A stretch of 64,000 bases of DNA from Actinomycetota bacterium (GCA_036390995.1 DASWAT010000111.1:378-64377); one strand, 5' to 3'. Shown: positions 47,730-56,962, counted from the first letter of the stretch. Numbers and translations are program-made. Notes: generated by a model from the letters alone, not told the origin.

Positions 47730-48683
47730 TCAGTCCGACTCGACGAACTGGAGGCGGAGCTGGTTCACGGCCTTCGTGTGGATCTGGCACACGCGGGACT
47801 CGGTGACGCCGAGGATCTCGCCGATCTCGGCGAGGGTGAGGCCTTCGAAGTAGTAGAGCGTGACCACGATCTTCTCTCGCTCCGACAGCGAGTTGATGGC
47901 CGCCGCGAGGAGACCGCGTGTCTCCTGCCCCTCGAGCCCGGTGGTCGGGTCCACCCCCTTGTCGGCCAGGGTGTCGAGCAGCGAGACCTGCTCGCCGCGG
48001 TCGCTGCCCACCGACAGGAGCTCGTCGAGCGCCAGCACGGAGACGAACGAGATCTGGTTGATCACGTCGTGCAGCTCCGGGATCGAGACGCCGAGCCGCT
48101 CGGCCATCTCGCGCTCGGTGGGCGCGCGCTTCAGCATGGTCTCGAGGTCCTGGTATGCCTTCTCGATCTCGCGCGCCTTGAACCGGACGGAACGCGGCAC
48201 CCAGTCCATCGCGCGAAGCTCGTCGATGATGGCGCCCTTGATCCGCGGGATCGCGTACGTCTCGAACTTGTTTCCGCGGGCCGGCTCGAACTTCTCGAGA
48301 GCGTCGATGAGGCCGAACATGCCGTAGGAGACGAGGTCCGCCTGCTCGACGCTGGCCGGCAGACCGGTTGCCACCCGGCTCGCCACGTACTTCACGAGCG
48401 GCGCGTAGTGCAGGATCAGCCGCTCGCGCGCCTCCGCCGGATGGCTTCGCTTGAACTCCTCCCAGAGCAGCCCGAGCTCGTCCGGCCGGCGATCGGGCTC
48501 GGCCGTCGCGACGGCCGAGCGGGGGCGCTCCCGTACCGCGGCCTTCACCGCGGCTTTCGCCCCCTTCTGGACCTTGCCGGTCTGCTTCGCCTTCGCCGTC
48601 TTCGCCGTCTTCGCCGTCTTCGCCGTCTTCGTGCCTCTCTCAGGCCGGCCGCCGCTGCTCGCGTTCGTGCGCACTGCCGTCAA
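47730..48683 (-). CDS. FliA/WhiG-family (sigma-28 type) RNA polymerase sigma factor with an N-terminal Lys/Ala/Thr-rich basic extension
   Basis: Region 2 (YAPLVKYVASRV, FETYAIPRIKGAIIDELR), region 3 and region 4 (LAEIGEILGVTESRVCQIHTKAV) match FliA/WhiG. The N-terminal 50 aa include TAKTAKTAKTAKAKQTGKVQKGAKAAVKAAV. Confidence 0.75.
   Translation of the reverse strand: MTAVRTNASSGGRPERGTKTAKTAKTAKTAKAKQTGKVQKGAKAAVKAAVRERPRSAVATAEPDRRPDELGLLWEEFKRSHPAEARERLILHYAPLVKYVASRVATGLPASVEQADLVSYGMFGLIDALEKFEPARGNKFETYAIPRIKGAIIDELRAMDWVPRSVRFKAREIEKAYQDLETMLKRAPTEREMAERLGVSIPELHDVINQISFVSVLALDELLSVGSDRGEQVSLLDTLADKGVDPTTGLEGQETRGLLAAAINSLSEREKIVVTLYYFEGLTLAEIGEILGVTESRVCQIHTKAVNQLRLQFVESD
48590..48637. 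repeat. 9-bp tandem repeat (cttcgccgt on the plus strand, about 4 full copies plus partials) encoding (TAK)n in the sigma factor N-terminus
   Basis: The unit is visible directly in the sequence and lies in-frame within the coding region. Confidence 0.8.
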
Positions 48684-49612
48684 GCCCTCGGGTGGCTCTG
48701 CCGGTAGGCATCGAAGAGCCGCGCACGTGACACGTGCGTGTACCGCTGCGTGGTGGCCACGCTGGCGTGACCGAGCAACTCCTGGACCGCGCGGATGTCG
48801 GCTCCTCCCTCGAGCAGGTGCGTCGCGAACGAATGCCTGAGCGTGTGCGGCGTCACCCGGCGCCCCGAAAGCGTCAGCTGAGCGTATCGTCCCACAACCC
48901 GCCGGATGTCGCGCGCGGTCATGGGATGTCTTCGGCGGTTGCAGAACAGGGCCGGGTCGACCGCGGGTGCGAGCACGGGCCGGCCGTCACGCAGGTAATC
49001 CCGCACGGCCTCACGCGCGAAGTCCGAGATCGGAAGCTCCCGCTCCTTCGACCCCTTGCCCATCACGAGCATGCGGCCGCGAGCAAGATCGAGCCGGTCC
49101 ACCGTGAGCCCGGCCACCTCTCCAACCCGCAGGCCCGAGCCGTACATGAGCTCCAGGATCGCCGAGTCGCGGAGCGCCACGGCTCGATCCAGGTCTGCGT
49201 GGCCGGCCTGCACCGCCGGGGCCTCGACGAGGCGAGCGGCTTCGGCGGGCCGCAGGACCGTGGGGAGCCGGCTCGCGACCTTCGGCCGGCCGAGCGTCGC
49301 GGCCGGGTCGCTGGCCACGAGCCCGCGTCCGGCCGCCCACCGGTAGAAGGTGTGGATCGCGCCCACCCGCCGGGCGATCGATGCCCGAGCGTACCCCAGC
49401 GTCACCTGCTGAGCGAGGAACCGCCGGAGCTGCGCGTAGGTGGCCTCCACGAGCGGCACCCCTTGGCGGTGCAGGAACGTGGCCAGCTGTCGCACGTCCC
49501 GCCGGTAGGCGGCGACGGTATGTCCAGACAGGCGGCGCTCGAGCGACAGATGATCGACGAACGCGTCGATCAGCGCGGCCTCGGGACGGGGAAGGTCCTC
49601 CCGCGGTGTCAT
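48680..49612 (-). CDS. xerC: tyrosine recombinase XerC/XerD
   Basis: N-terminal SAM-like domain and a C-terminal catalytic domain with the R...HxxR...Y pattern (HTLRHSFATHLLEGGADIRAVQELLGHASVATTQRYTH). I chose the internal Met start (MTPREDLPRPEAAL), which is preceded by GGAAGGA. Confidence 0.85.
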   Translation of the reverse strand: MTPREDLPRPEAALIDAFVDHLSLERRLSGHTVAAYRRDVRQLATFLHRQGVPLVEATYAQLRRFLAQQVTLGYARASIARRVGAIHTFYRWAAGRGLVASDPAATLGRPKVASRLPTVLRPAEAARLVEAPAVQAGHADLDRAVALRDSAILELMYGSGLRVGEVAGLTVDRLDLARGRMLVMGKGSKERELPISDFAREAVRDYLRDGRPVLAPAVDPALFCNRRRHPMTARDIRRVVGRYAQLTLSGRRVTPHTLRHSFATHLLEGGADIRAVQELLGHASVATTQRYTHVSRARLFDAYRQSHPRA

Positions 49613-49727
49613 CGTTCCTTCCGGTATCGGATCTGCGGGCTCCTTCCTACCAACCACCGAACCCAGGTTCAACCGTTCCGGGGTAGACGACGCCCGGCGG
49701 AGGCGCCCGAACCCGTAGGATTCGCCC

Positions 49728-51128
49728 GTGGACGGCTTCGAGCTGGACCTCGTGGTCACCCTCGGTCTCGGTGACAACAGCTACGTGCTGTCCTCTGGCG
49801 GGGAGGCGATCCTCGTGGACCCCCAGCGCGACGCGGAGCGACTCCTCGGCGCAGCCGAGGACCGCCGCGCCGAGGTGAGGTACGTGCTGGAGACGCACGT
49901 CCACAACGATTACGTCTCGGGCGCCGCCGAGGTGCGGGCGTCGACCGGCGCGGCGGTGGTGGGGCCAGCCGCCGCGCGATACCGGTTCCCGTACGCGCCG
50001 ATGGCAGAAGACGACGAGCTCCGGATCGGCGCGGTCACGCTGGTGGCGATGGAGACGCCCGGCCACACCCCGGAGCACCTCGCCTACGCCCTGATCCCGG
50101 ACGGCCGGGACGGGCCGGTCGCGGTGTTCACGGGGGGAAGCCTGATCGTCGGGAGCGCGGGGCGAACCGACCTGCTCGGTCCGGAGTGGACCGACCGGCT
50201 GACCCGCGCGCAGTTCAGGACCCTTCGGCGCCTCGGGTCCCTCCCCGGATCCGCCCAGGTCCTACCCACCCATGGAGCGGGGAGCTTCTGCGCCACGGCG
50301 GCGCCGCAGGAGGACCGGACCTCGACCATCGAGCGGGAGCTGGCGTCGAACCCCGTCCTGGCAGAGCCGGACGAAGAGGCGTTCGTGCGCAGGCAGCTGT
50401 CGGGGCTCATGGCCTTCCCCACCTACTACGCGAACATGGCGCCGATCAACCGCGCGGGGCCGAGCGTGTCCGGCGGCGTGCCGATCACCGAGCCGATCTC
50501 ACCGCAAGCGGTGGCGGGGCACGCGGCCGAAGGCGCCTGGATCGTGGACGTGAGGGACGGCTCCGACTTCGCCGCCGCGCACATCCCCGGCTCGCTCAAC
50601 ATCCCGCTCGAGGAGTCGTTCGCGAGCTACGTGGGGTGGCTGCTGCCGTTCGACGACCCGCTCGTCCTGGTTGCGCCCGAGCCGCCGGGCGAGGCCGTGC
50701 ACGAGGCGACCCGCCAGCTGTTCCGGATCGGGTACGAGCGGGTCCTCGGCTCCTTGCGGGGCGGCATCGAGGCGTGGCGGCGCTCGGGGCGGGAACTCCG
50801 CGCCTACCCCGTGGCCACGCTGGACCAGCTGCTCGCCCTCGCCGGCCGGGAGGTGTCGAGGATCCTCGACGTCCGTCAGGCTCCCGAGTGGGAGGCGGGG
50901 CATCTGGACGGCAGCCGGCACGTGTTCGTCGGCGACCTCCCGGAACGGCTCGATGGGTTCGAGCACGACCGAGAAGTGGTGGTGGCGTGCGCCAGCGGAT
51001 ACCGATCGTCGATGGCGGCGAGCCTCCTGGATCGCGCGGGCGTGCCCGTGCGAGTGGTGGCGCGGCGCGGCGTGCCGGACGCGCTGCGGCGGCGGGCCGG
51101 GCTGCGCTCCCTTCAGGACTCGCCGTAG
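49728..51128 (+). CDS. MBL-fold metallo-hydrolase fused to two rhodanese domains (CstB-like persulfide dioxygenase-sulfurtransferase)
   Basis: N-terminal metallo-beta-lactamase motif (ETHVHNDY, the HxHxDH equivalent). Two rhodanese modules follow, the last with the active-site loop CASGYRS. Confidence 0.7.
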   Translation: MDGFELDLVVTLGLGDNSYVLSSGGEAILVDPQRDAERLLGAAEDRRAEVRYVLETHVHNDYVSGAAEVRASTGAAVVGPAAARYRFPYAPMAEDDELRIGAVTLVAMETPGHTPEHLAYALIPDGRDGPVAVFTGGSLIVGSAGRTDLLGPEWTDRLTRAQFRTLRRLGSLPGSAQVLPTHGAGSFCATAAPQEDRTSTIERELASNPVLAEPDEEAFVRRQLSGLMAFPTYYANMAPINRAGPSVSGGVPITEPISPQAVAGHAAEGAWIVDVRDGSDFAAAHIPGSLNIPLEESFASYVGWLLPFDDPLVLVAPEPPGEAVHEATRQLFRIGYERVLGSLRGGIEAWRRSGRELRAYPVATLDQLLALAGREVSRILDVRQAPEWEAGHLDGSRHVFVGDLPERLDGFEHDREVVVACASGYRSSMAASLLDRAGVPVRVVARRGVPDALRRRAGLRSLQDSP

Positions 51129-52417
51129 ACGATCGGCAGGAACGTGCTCACCCAGCGGTCCCACTCGCGAGGATCCCGGTACACGTAGTAGTCGCGGGCT
51201 CCCCCGCCCGCATCGGAGCCTTCCGCGTTCAGCCGGGCGAGCTCCGGGCCCGGGAACACCAGCGGGCTGTTCGCCACCTCGCGATCCCCGAACTCACCGG
51301 CGATGATCGCGCGGGCGTCCGGGACGGGGGTGATGTACCAGACCCAGTCCGCGATCATCGCGGCAACCTTGGGCTGGTACACGAAGTCGATGTACTCCAT
51401 CGCATCCACCGGATGCCGCGCTCCGGCCGGGATCATCATGTTGTCGGTCCAGAGCATGGCGCCCTCGTCGGGCACCACGAAGCGCATCTCCGGATGGCCC
51501 AGCGCGTTGATCTGGAAGATGTCGCCGGACCAGGCCATCGTGGCCCAGGTGTCCCCCCGAGTGAGCGCGTCCACGTATCCCTGGTCGTAGTAGCGGGGAT
51601 GGACCACGTCGCGCTGCCCTCGGAGGGCGTCGGCCGCCTGCGCCCAGTCCTGCGGCGTGGAGGCGGCCGGGTCGACGCCGATGGCGAGCAGCCCGAAGCT
51701 CCCCAGCTCGGTGGTGTCGCTCATCATGCCGACCCTGCCCTGCAGGGCCGGATCCCACAGATCCCGGACGCTGCGCGGCTCCCGCCCGAGGGCCTCCGTC
51801 GCTCTCGGGCTGAACGCGATCCCCGTGAGACCCGACTGCCAGGCGACGGTGTACCGGTTCCCCGGATCCCACGATGGGTCCTGGACCAGCGGGCCGGCGT
51901 ACACGGCGAAGTTCCCCAGGTAGGAGTGGTCGAGCGGGATCAGCCACCCCGACTCCATCATCTCGGTCACCTCGGGGCCGTTCGTGAGGACGATCAGGTC
52001 GTAGCCGATGCTGTTCCCCGCGCTGAGCTGCGGCCGGATCTCCTCGAAGAACGACGGCGTATCCTTGATCGGCCGGTAGTAGTTGACCCGGATCCCGGTC
52101 TCGCGCGTGAAGAGTTCGAGCGACGGGCGGCGGTCGAAATGGCGGTCGATGTAGTACGGCCAATTCGCGAAGTCCAGGACGCCGGCCCGCGACCGCTGCG
52201 ACCACCAGCGATCCCAGTTCGGTGAGGGCGAGGGCCGTGCCGTGCGGCCGGGCTCGCACGCCGCAGCCAACCCCGTCAGCGCCAGCGAGCCGGCACCCAG
52301 GCCCGCGCGCCTCAGCAGCTCGCGCCGGGTGAGAGCGGGGTCCCACCGCGACCCAGAACGCGCGGCGTCTTCCCTCGAGCTCTCGCGCCGGCCGGTCTGG
52401 CCTTCTGGGGGTTGCAT
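51113..52417 (-). CDS. polyamine (PotD/PotF-type) ABC-transporter substrate-binding lipoprotein with Tat signal, orphan
   Basis: Tat motif (TRRELLRRAGLGAGSLALTGLAAAC) with a lipobox Cys, followed by a PotD-like body. The start is preceded by GGGAGGGG. No permease or ATPase genes occur nearby. Confidence 0.7.
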   Translation of the reverse strand: MQPPEGQTGRRESSREDAARSGSRWDPALTRRELLRRAGLGAGSLALTGLAAACEPGRTARPSPSPNWDRWWSQRSRAGVLDFANWPYYIDRHFDRRPSLELFTRETGIRVNYYRPIKDTPSFFEEIRPQLSAGNSIGYDLIVLTNGPEVTEMMESGWLIPLDHSYLGNFAVYAGPLVQDPSWDPGNRYTVAWQSGLTGIAFSPRATEALGREPRSVRDLWDPALQGRVGMMSDTTELGSFGLLAIGVDPAASTPQDWAQAADALRGQRDVVHPRYYDQGYVDALTRGDTWATMAWSGDIFQINALGHPEMRFVVPDEGAMLWTDNMMIPAGARHPVDAMEYIDFVYQPKVAAMIADWVWYITPVPDARAIIAGEFGDREVANSPLVFPGPELARLNAEGSDAGGGARDYYVYRDPREWDRWVSTFLPIVYGES

Positions 52418-53842
52418 CGCGCCCCTCCCTCGCCTCATCGCACACGCCCGTGGGCGCGATCGCGACCAAGCGTCGCCGGTTCCTTTCGGGTTCGGCAGTC
52501 GGGGTTTTCCCCCAGGGCGCGAGGGACTCCCAGCTGCCATACACTTGTCAACTTGAGCCGCGCGAGGATCCTTCTCAGGCGAGATCCGAGGTATCGGTCC
52601 CGCTACCGGTTGATCACAAGGCTGGCCGAGGACGCTTCGGGCAGCCTGTGGACCGCGGTGCTCACGGGCCTCGGCAAACCCGTGACGGTTCACCTCCTGT
52701 CGGGTCCCGAGACCCTAGATCCGACCTTCGGCCACGACTTCTCGGAGCGGATGCAGGCCATGTTCCCCTGGCCCGACCATCCGAACGTCGCCGCCGTCTT
52801 CAACTACGGCCGCGACGAGCGAGCGCGGGCCTTCTTCGTCCTCATGGAACCGCTCACGGGTGAGACCCTCGGCAGGCGGATCGAGCGCTCCCCCTGCCTA
52901 CCGCCACCCGAGTCGCTCCGGATCGCAGCGGCGGTTGCCCGGGGCCTCGAGGTCGTCCACGGCCGAGGGATCGCCCACGGCCGGCTGCGTCCGGACAGCG
53001 TACTGCTCACCCGGGACGGCGGCGTGAAGCTCCTGGGTCTCGGCGTTCCTCCGGATCGGCCGGGCCGGGACACGCCCGAGGACGACATCGCGGCGCTCGC
53101 CGGCGTCGTCCACCAGATGCTCGTGGAAGATCTGGACGCGCGGGCCCTCGACCGAACGACCGACCTGCCTCCGCGGGCGGCCGGCCCACCCTTCCCCGGC
53201 CTTCCCGCCGAGGTCCGGCAGCTGCTCGAGCGGTGCCTGGACCCCACCCCGACCGTTCGGCCGACGGCGTCCGACCTGGCCAGCGCCCTGGGGGGCGCGG
53301 CGCACCCCCTGGCCACCCGGTCCGTCCGGTCGCCCGGCTCCGAGGATGCGCGGCCGGTGACCCAGGCGCGGGATCCCGGGACGGCTCCCACTGTCGCCGG
53401 GGCGGCCGTGGGCCCGGTCGTCGAGGACGACGCGGTGGCCGTCGAGGACGACACCGTGGCCGCGGTCCCCGACTCGACCTCGACGGAGCGCCCCGAGCGT
53501 CGGCGGCGCCGGCCCGTGGGACGGTGGATCGCCGGATTCGCGATCTTGAGCGCGATGGCGGTGACCGTCTCCATCGTTCTGGCGTCGCGAGGAGGCGAGG
53601 ATCCGCTTCCCGACCGGCGGACGCCTCCTGCCTTCGAGGGAACCACGGTCCCGGACGTCCTCGGGTTGTTGCTGGCAGAGGCGGAGGATCTTCTCGGGAA
53701 GGCCGGTCTCCAGGTGACCGGGGTCCGGGAGGTCGCGGGCAAGCCGGGGTTCGTCGTGAGGACCGATCCGACCCCCGGGGAGGCCGTTCGCATGGGTGCC
53801 TCCGTCACGGTCTTCGTCGGGCGATCACCGCCCTCGGGGTGA
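52412..53842 (+). CDS. PknB-like pseudokinase with a TM helix and a single C-terminal PASTA domain (start uncertain)
   Basis: Kinase-like fold with a degenerate catalytic loop HGRLRPDSVLL (HRD to HGR) and GLG in place of DFG. The beta3 Lys is replaced (VTVH). A TM helix follows (WIAGFAILSAMAVTVSIVLA), then a PASTA domain (TVPDVLGLLLAEAEDLLGKAGLQVTGV...VTVFVG). The TTG start in the track overlaps the divergent binding-protein start and is probably too far upstream. Confidence 0.6.
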   Translation: MHRAPPSPHRTRPWARSRPSVAGSFRVRQSGFSPRARGTPSCHTLVNLSRARILLRRDPRYRSRYRLITRLAEDASGSLWTAVLTGLGKPVTVHLLSGPETLDPTFGHDFSERMQAMFPWPDHPNVAAVFNYGRDERARAFFVLMEPLTGETLGRRIERSPCLPPPESLRIAAAVARGLEVVHGRGIAHGRLRPDSVLLTRDGGVKLLGLGVPPDRPGRDTPEDDIAALAGVVHQMLVEDLDARALDRTTDLPPRAAGPPFPGLPAEVRQLLERCLDPTPTVRPTASDLASALGGAAHPLATRSVRSPGSEDARPVTQARDPGTAPTVAGAAVGPVVEDDAVAVEDDTVAAVPDSTSTERPERRRRRPVGRWIAGFAILSAMAVTVSIVLASRGGEDPLPDRRTPPAFEGTTVPDVLGLLLAEAEDLLGKAGLQVTGVREVAGKPGFVVRTDPTPGEAVRMGASVTVFVGRSPPSG

Positions 53843-53876
53843 TCCGACGACCCTCGTGACGCCCGACCCGGAGCGC

Positions 53877-54995
53877 TCAGGCGCCGAGCGGCAACCTGGG
53901 CTCGAAGCGCCCACCCGAGCTCCGTACGAGACCCTTCAGCTCGAGCTGCATGAGCAGCGGGACCACTTCGGCCACGGTCACCCCCAGGGCCCGGGCCACG
54001 GTCTCGGGCAGGACCGGGCCCGTCATCGCGTCGAGGGCCGCCTGCTCCACGAGGGTCAGCACCGGCGGCGGGGCCGGCCCCAGCACGCGCGCGAGCTCCA
54101 GATCCGAAAGGAGATCCTCGACGTGACGGATCAATCCGGCGCCGTCCCGGATCAGAGCATGGGGCGCCGCCGAGAGCGGATTGCTCACGGCGCCGGGGAC
54201 GGCATAGACGTCCCGCCCGTGCTCGAGCGCATGGCGGGCCGAGATCAAGGATCCGCTCCGCTCCCGCCCCTCCACCACGACGAGCGCTGCGCACAGACCG
54301 GCGATGATCCTGTTGCGCGCCGGGAAGCGCTGCGGCTCGGCGGGGACGCCCGGCGGGTACTCGCTCACGATGGTGCCCTCCTGCTCGATCCGCCGCAACA
54401 GCCCGCGGCTGCCCGGCGGGTACGCCAGGTCGATCCCACAGCCAAGCACGGCCACGGTCCGGCCGCCCACGTCGAGGGCTCCCTCGTGGGCAGCGGCGTC
54501 GATGCCTCGGGCGGCACCGCTCACGATGACGGCGCCCGCGGCCGCGAGCTCGCGTCCGAAGCTCCGGGCGAGCTCCCGGCCGAGGTCGCTGCAGTTGCGC
54601 GCCCCGACCACGGCGATCGTTCCGCTCTGGATCGGAGGCGAAGCCCCACGAACGAACAACCACCCCGGCGGGTCCCGGAGGTGCTCGAGCTGCGGTGGGT
54701 ACTCGCGGCTCCCCCAGACGACCAGCCGTGCCCCACACGAGCGAAGCTCCCCATCGATCCGAGCGGCATCCAGCGAGCGGGAGAACCGGACGTCGAGCTC
54801 GCTCCCAGCCCGGCCCTCTCGGATCGCCGCGAGGCAGGCCACCGCCGTGCCTTCTTCTCGCGCGAGGGCCAGCAGGTCGGCCGGCCTCTGCCCCCGCAAC
54901 GCCGACAGGACCAGCACCGCACGCCGCTCGGCGGGGTCGCGACCGAATCCCACGGGCCAACCCGTCCGCTCAGCCGGCACGTGCCAGTCCCCCAC
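53877..54995 (-). CDS. dprA: DNA-processing protein DprA (Smf)
   Basis: Rossmann-like DprA domain (AVVGARNCS, VSGAARGIDAAAHEGAL) and a C-terminal winged-helix domain. Confidence 0.85.
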   Translation of the reverse strand: MGDWHVPAERTGWPVGFGRDPAERRAVLVLSALRGQRPADLLALAREEGTAVACLAAIREGRAGSELDVRFSRSLDAARIDGELRSCGARLVVWGSREYPPQLEHLRDPPGWLFVRGASPPIQSGTIAVVGARNCSDLGRELARSFGRELAAAGAVIVSGAARGIDAAAHEGALDVGGRTVAVLGCGIDLAYPPGSRGLLRRIEQEGTIVSEYPPGVPAEPQRFPARNRIIAGLCAALVVVEGRERSGSLISARHALEHGRDVYAVPGAVSNPLSAAPHALIRDGAGLIRHVEDLLSDLELARVLGPAPPPVLTLVEQAALDAMTGPVLPETVARALGVTVAEVVPLLMQLELKGLVRSSGGRFEPRLPLGA

Positions 54996-56502
54996 CCGCG
55001 ACGTCCATGCGATACGAGAGGGCCTCGGCCACGTGGTCGGAGCCGACCTCGGCCGCGCCCGCCAGGTCGGCCACGGTCCTGGCGACCTTGATCGCGCGGT
55101 CGAAGCCCCTGCCGGTCAGCGCAAGCGTGTCCACGGCCCGGGCCAAGAGGTCCCGTGCGGGATCGGAGACCCGGGCGAGCCTCCGGGCCAGCGGACCGGG
55201 CAGCTGCGCGTTGCAGGGATAGCCGAGCTCCGCGTACCGATGGCGCTGCACCTCGCGCGCCTCCTCTACCCGTCGCCGGATGGCCTCCGACGCCTCGCCG
55301 GGCTCCTCCTCGAGGAGCTCGCGGCGGGAGAGCCGGGGAACGGAAAGGCGGATGTCGATCCGGTCGAGGAGGGGCCCCGAGAGCTTCTGACGGTAGACCT
55401 CCACCCGGTGGGTGATGCAGCTGCACTGCCGGCGAGGATCACCCTCGTAGCCGCACGGACACGGATTCGCCGCCGCCACGAGCGTGAACCGCGCGGGGAA
55501 CTCGACCGTCCCGGCCACCCTCGTGACCACGACGTGACCGTCTTCCAGCGGCTGGCGAAGCGCCTCGAGGGCGTCCCGACGGAACTCGTTCAACTCGTCC
55601 AGGAACAGGACACCGTGGTGGGCCATCGACACCTCGCCCGGACGAACGAACCCGCTTCCCCCTCCGAGCATCGCGGGGAGCGAGATCGAGTGATGCGGGG
55701 CGCGGAACGGTCGGGCCGCGACCAGTCCTCCTCCCGGCAGGATGCCCGCCACCGAGTGGAGCTGCGTGACCTCCAGGGCCTCGCTCCGCGACAGGGTCGG
55801 CAACACGGTGGCCAATCGCCGGGCCAGCATGGTCTTGCCGGCCCCCGGCGAACCCATCAGCAGCACGTTGTGCCCGCCCGCCGCAGCCACCTCCAGCGCC
55901 CGCCGGGCCTGCGCCTGCCCCCGGACCTCGGCGAAGTCCACCTGATGAGCCGGCGCCGGGGACGGCCGTCGCTCCGCCGTGCCCGGCTCCCATCGTCCCC
56001 GAAGGAAGGCGACCACGTCGGCGAGCGCGGGAGCGCCCACGACGTGTAGGTCCTCCACCAGCGCGGCTTCGCCAGCGTTCGCCTCCGGGACCACGATGCC
56101 GGCCAGCCCCGCCGAAGCCGCGGCGATGCTGGCCGAGAGCACACCGGGTGTCGGGATCAGGGACCCCTCGAGCGCGAGCTCGCCGAAGAACGCGTAGCGG
56201 CCGAGCCGTTCCACCGGCACCTGCGCCGAGGCCGCGAGGACGCCCATGGTCACTGGAAGGTCGAGTCCGGGCCCATCCTTACGGAGGTTGCCGGGCGATA
56301 GGTTCACCACGATCCTGCGGAGCGGCCACTCGAGCCCCGAGCTCTCCACCGCGGGCCGGATGCGGTCCCGGGCGTCGTGGACCGCGGCACCGGGTAGACC
56401 CGTGAACGACACGGAGGGAAGCCCTCGTCCGATATGCGCCTCGACCACGACCGGGTGGCCCCGAACCCCCACGATGGTGACACCCGATACCCGTCCGTAC
56501 AC
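54970..56502 (-). CDS. YifB/ComM family Mg-chelatase-like AAA+ ATPase
   Basis: N-terminal Lon-like domain, Walker A (GSPGAGKTMLARRL), Walker B (GVLFLDELNEF) and a zinc-ribbon-like CPCGYEGDPRRQCSC motif. Confidence 0.85.
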   Translation of the reverse strand: MYGRVSGVTIVGVRGHPVVVEAHIGRGLPSVSFTGLPGAAVHDARDRIRPAVESSGLEWPLRRIVVNLSPGNLRKDGPGLDLPVTMGVLAASAQVPVERLGRYAFFGELALEGSLIPTPGVLSASIAAASAGLAGIVVPEANAGEAALVEDLHVVGAPALADVVAFLRGRWEPGTAERRPSPAPAHQVDFAEVRGQAQARRALEVAAAGGHNVLLMGSPGAGKTMLARRLATVLPTLSRSEALEVTQLHSVAGILPGGGLVAARPFRAPHHSISLPAMLGGGSGFVRPGEVSMAHHGVLFLDELNEFRRDALEALRQPLEDGHVVVTRVAGTVEFPARFTLVAAANPCPCGYEGDPRRQCSCITHRVEVYRQKLSGPLLDRIDIRLSVPRLSRRELLEEEPGEASEAIRRRVEEAREVQRHRYAELGYPCNAQLPGPLARRLARVSDPARDLLARAVDTLALTGRGFDRAIKVARTVADLAGAAEVGSDHVAEALSYRMDVAGGGLARAG

Positions 56503-56584
56503 GACCGGGCGACCCTAGCGTCCCGCACTGACACCCCCCGCCTGGACGGAGCCGCATCTGCCGATGGGCGGGCGGGCCACGGCC

Positions 56585-56962
56585 TCAGAAGGCGTCCTCG
56601 AAGAGCACCACGTCGTACGTCGTGGACCGCTGCCGGACACTGGCGACGTCGAAACGCAGACGGGCGTGCGCCGGCCGGCACGTCACCATGAACAGGTCGG
56701 CGAGACTCCTCAGCTTCCTGCGCTTGGCCTGCGTGACGGCCTCGAAACCGCCACCGAAGACGTCCCCGCTGCGGGTCTTCACCTCGCAGAAGACCAGCAG
56801 TTCGCCGCGCTCGACGATCAGGTCGATCTCGCCGAGCCGGCACCTCCAATTCCGGGCCACCGGACGGAACCCCTTGCCGAGGTACAGAGCGAGCGCGGCG
56901 TCCTCGCCCGCACGGCCGCGCGCGGCGCGGATGTCCGGCGGCAAGGAGGGCGACGTGTCCAC
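56585..56962 (-). CDS. YraN/UPF0102 family endonuclease
   Basis: 125 aa with GEDAALALYLGKGFRPVARNWRCRLGEIDLIVERGELLVFCEVKTR. Confidence 0.8.
   Translation of the reverse strand: MDTSPSLPPDIRAARGRAGEDAALALYLGKGFRPVARNWRCRLGEIDLIVERGELLVFCEVKTRSGDVFGGGFEAVTQAKRRKLRSLADLFMVTCRPAHARLRFDVASVRQRSTTYDVVLFEDAF

Noticed and set aside
48590-48637. The 9-bp tandem repeat cttcgccgt considered as a CRISPR-like or intergenic repeat array
   Set aside because: It lies inside a CDS, the units are contiguous with no spacers, and it translates in-frame to (TAK)n. It is a coding microsatellite, not a CRISPR array.
48680-49612. The tyrosine recombinase considered as a phage or integrative-element integrase marking a mobile island
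   Set aside because: Its domain organisation and conserved neighbourhood (near dprA/yifB/yraN, in the position of xerC in mycobacteria) fit the chromosome-dimer-resolution recombinase. No attachment-site repeats, tRNA gene or phage genes flank it.
52412-53842. Calling this protein an active Ser/Thr kinase (PknB-like)
   Set aside because: The catalytic Asp of HRD, the beta3 Lys and DFG are all substituted in the sequence as read. I annotated it as a pseudokinase and flagged the need for alignment-based confirmation.
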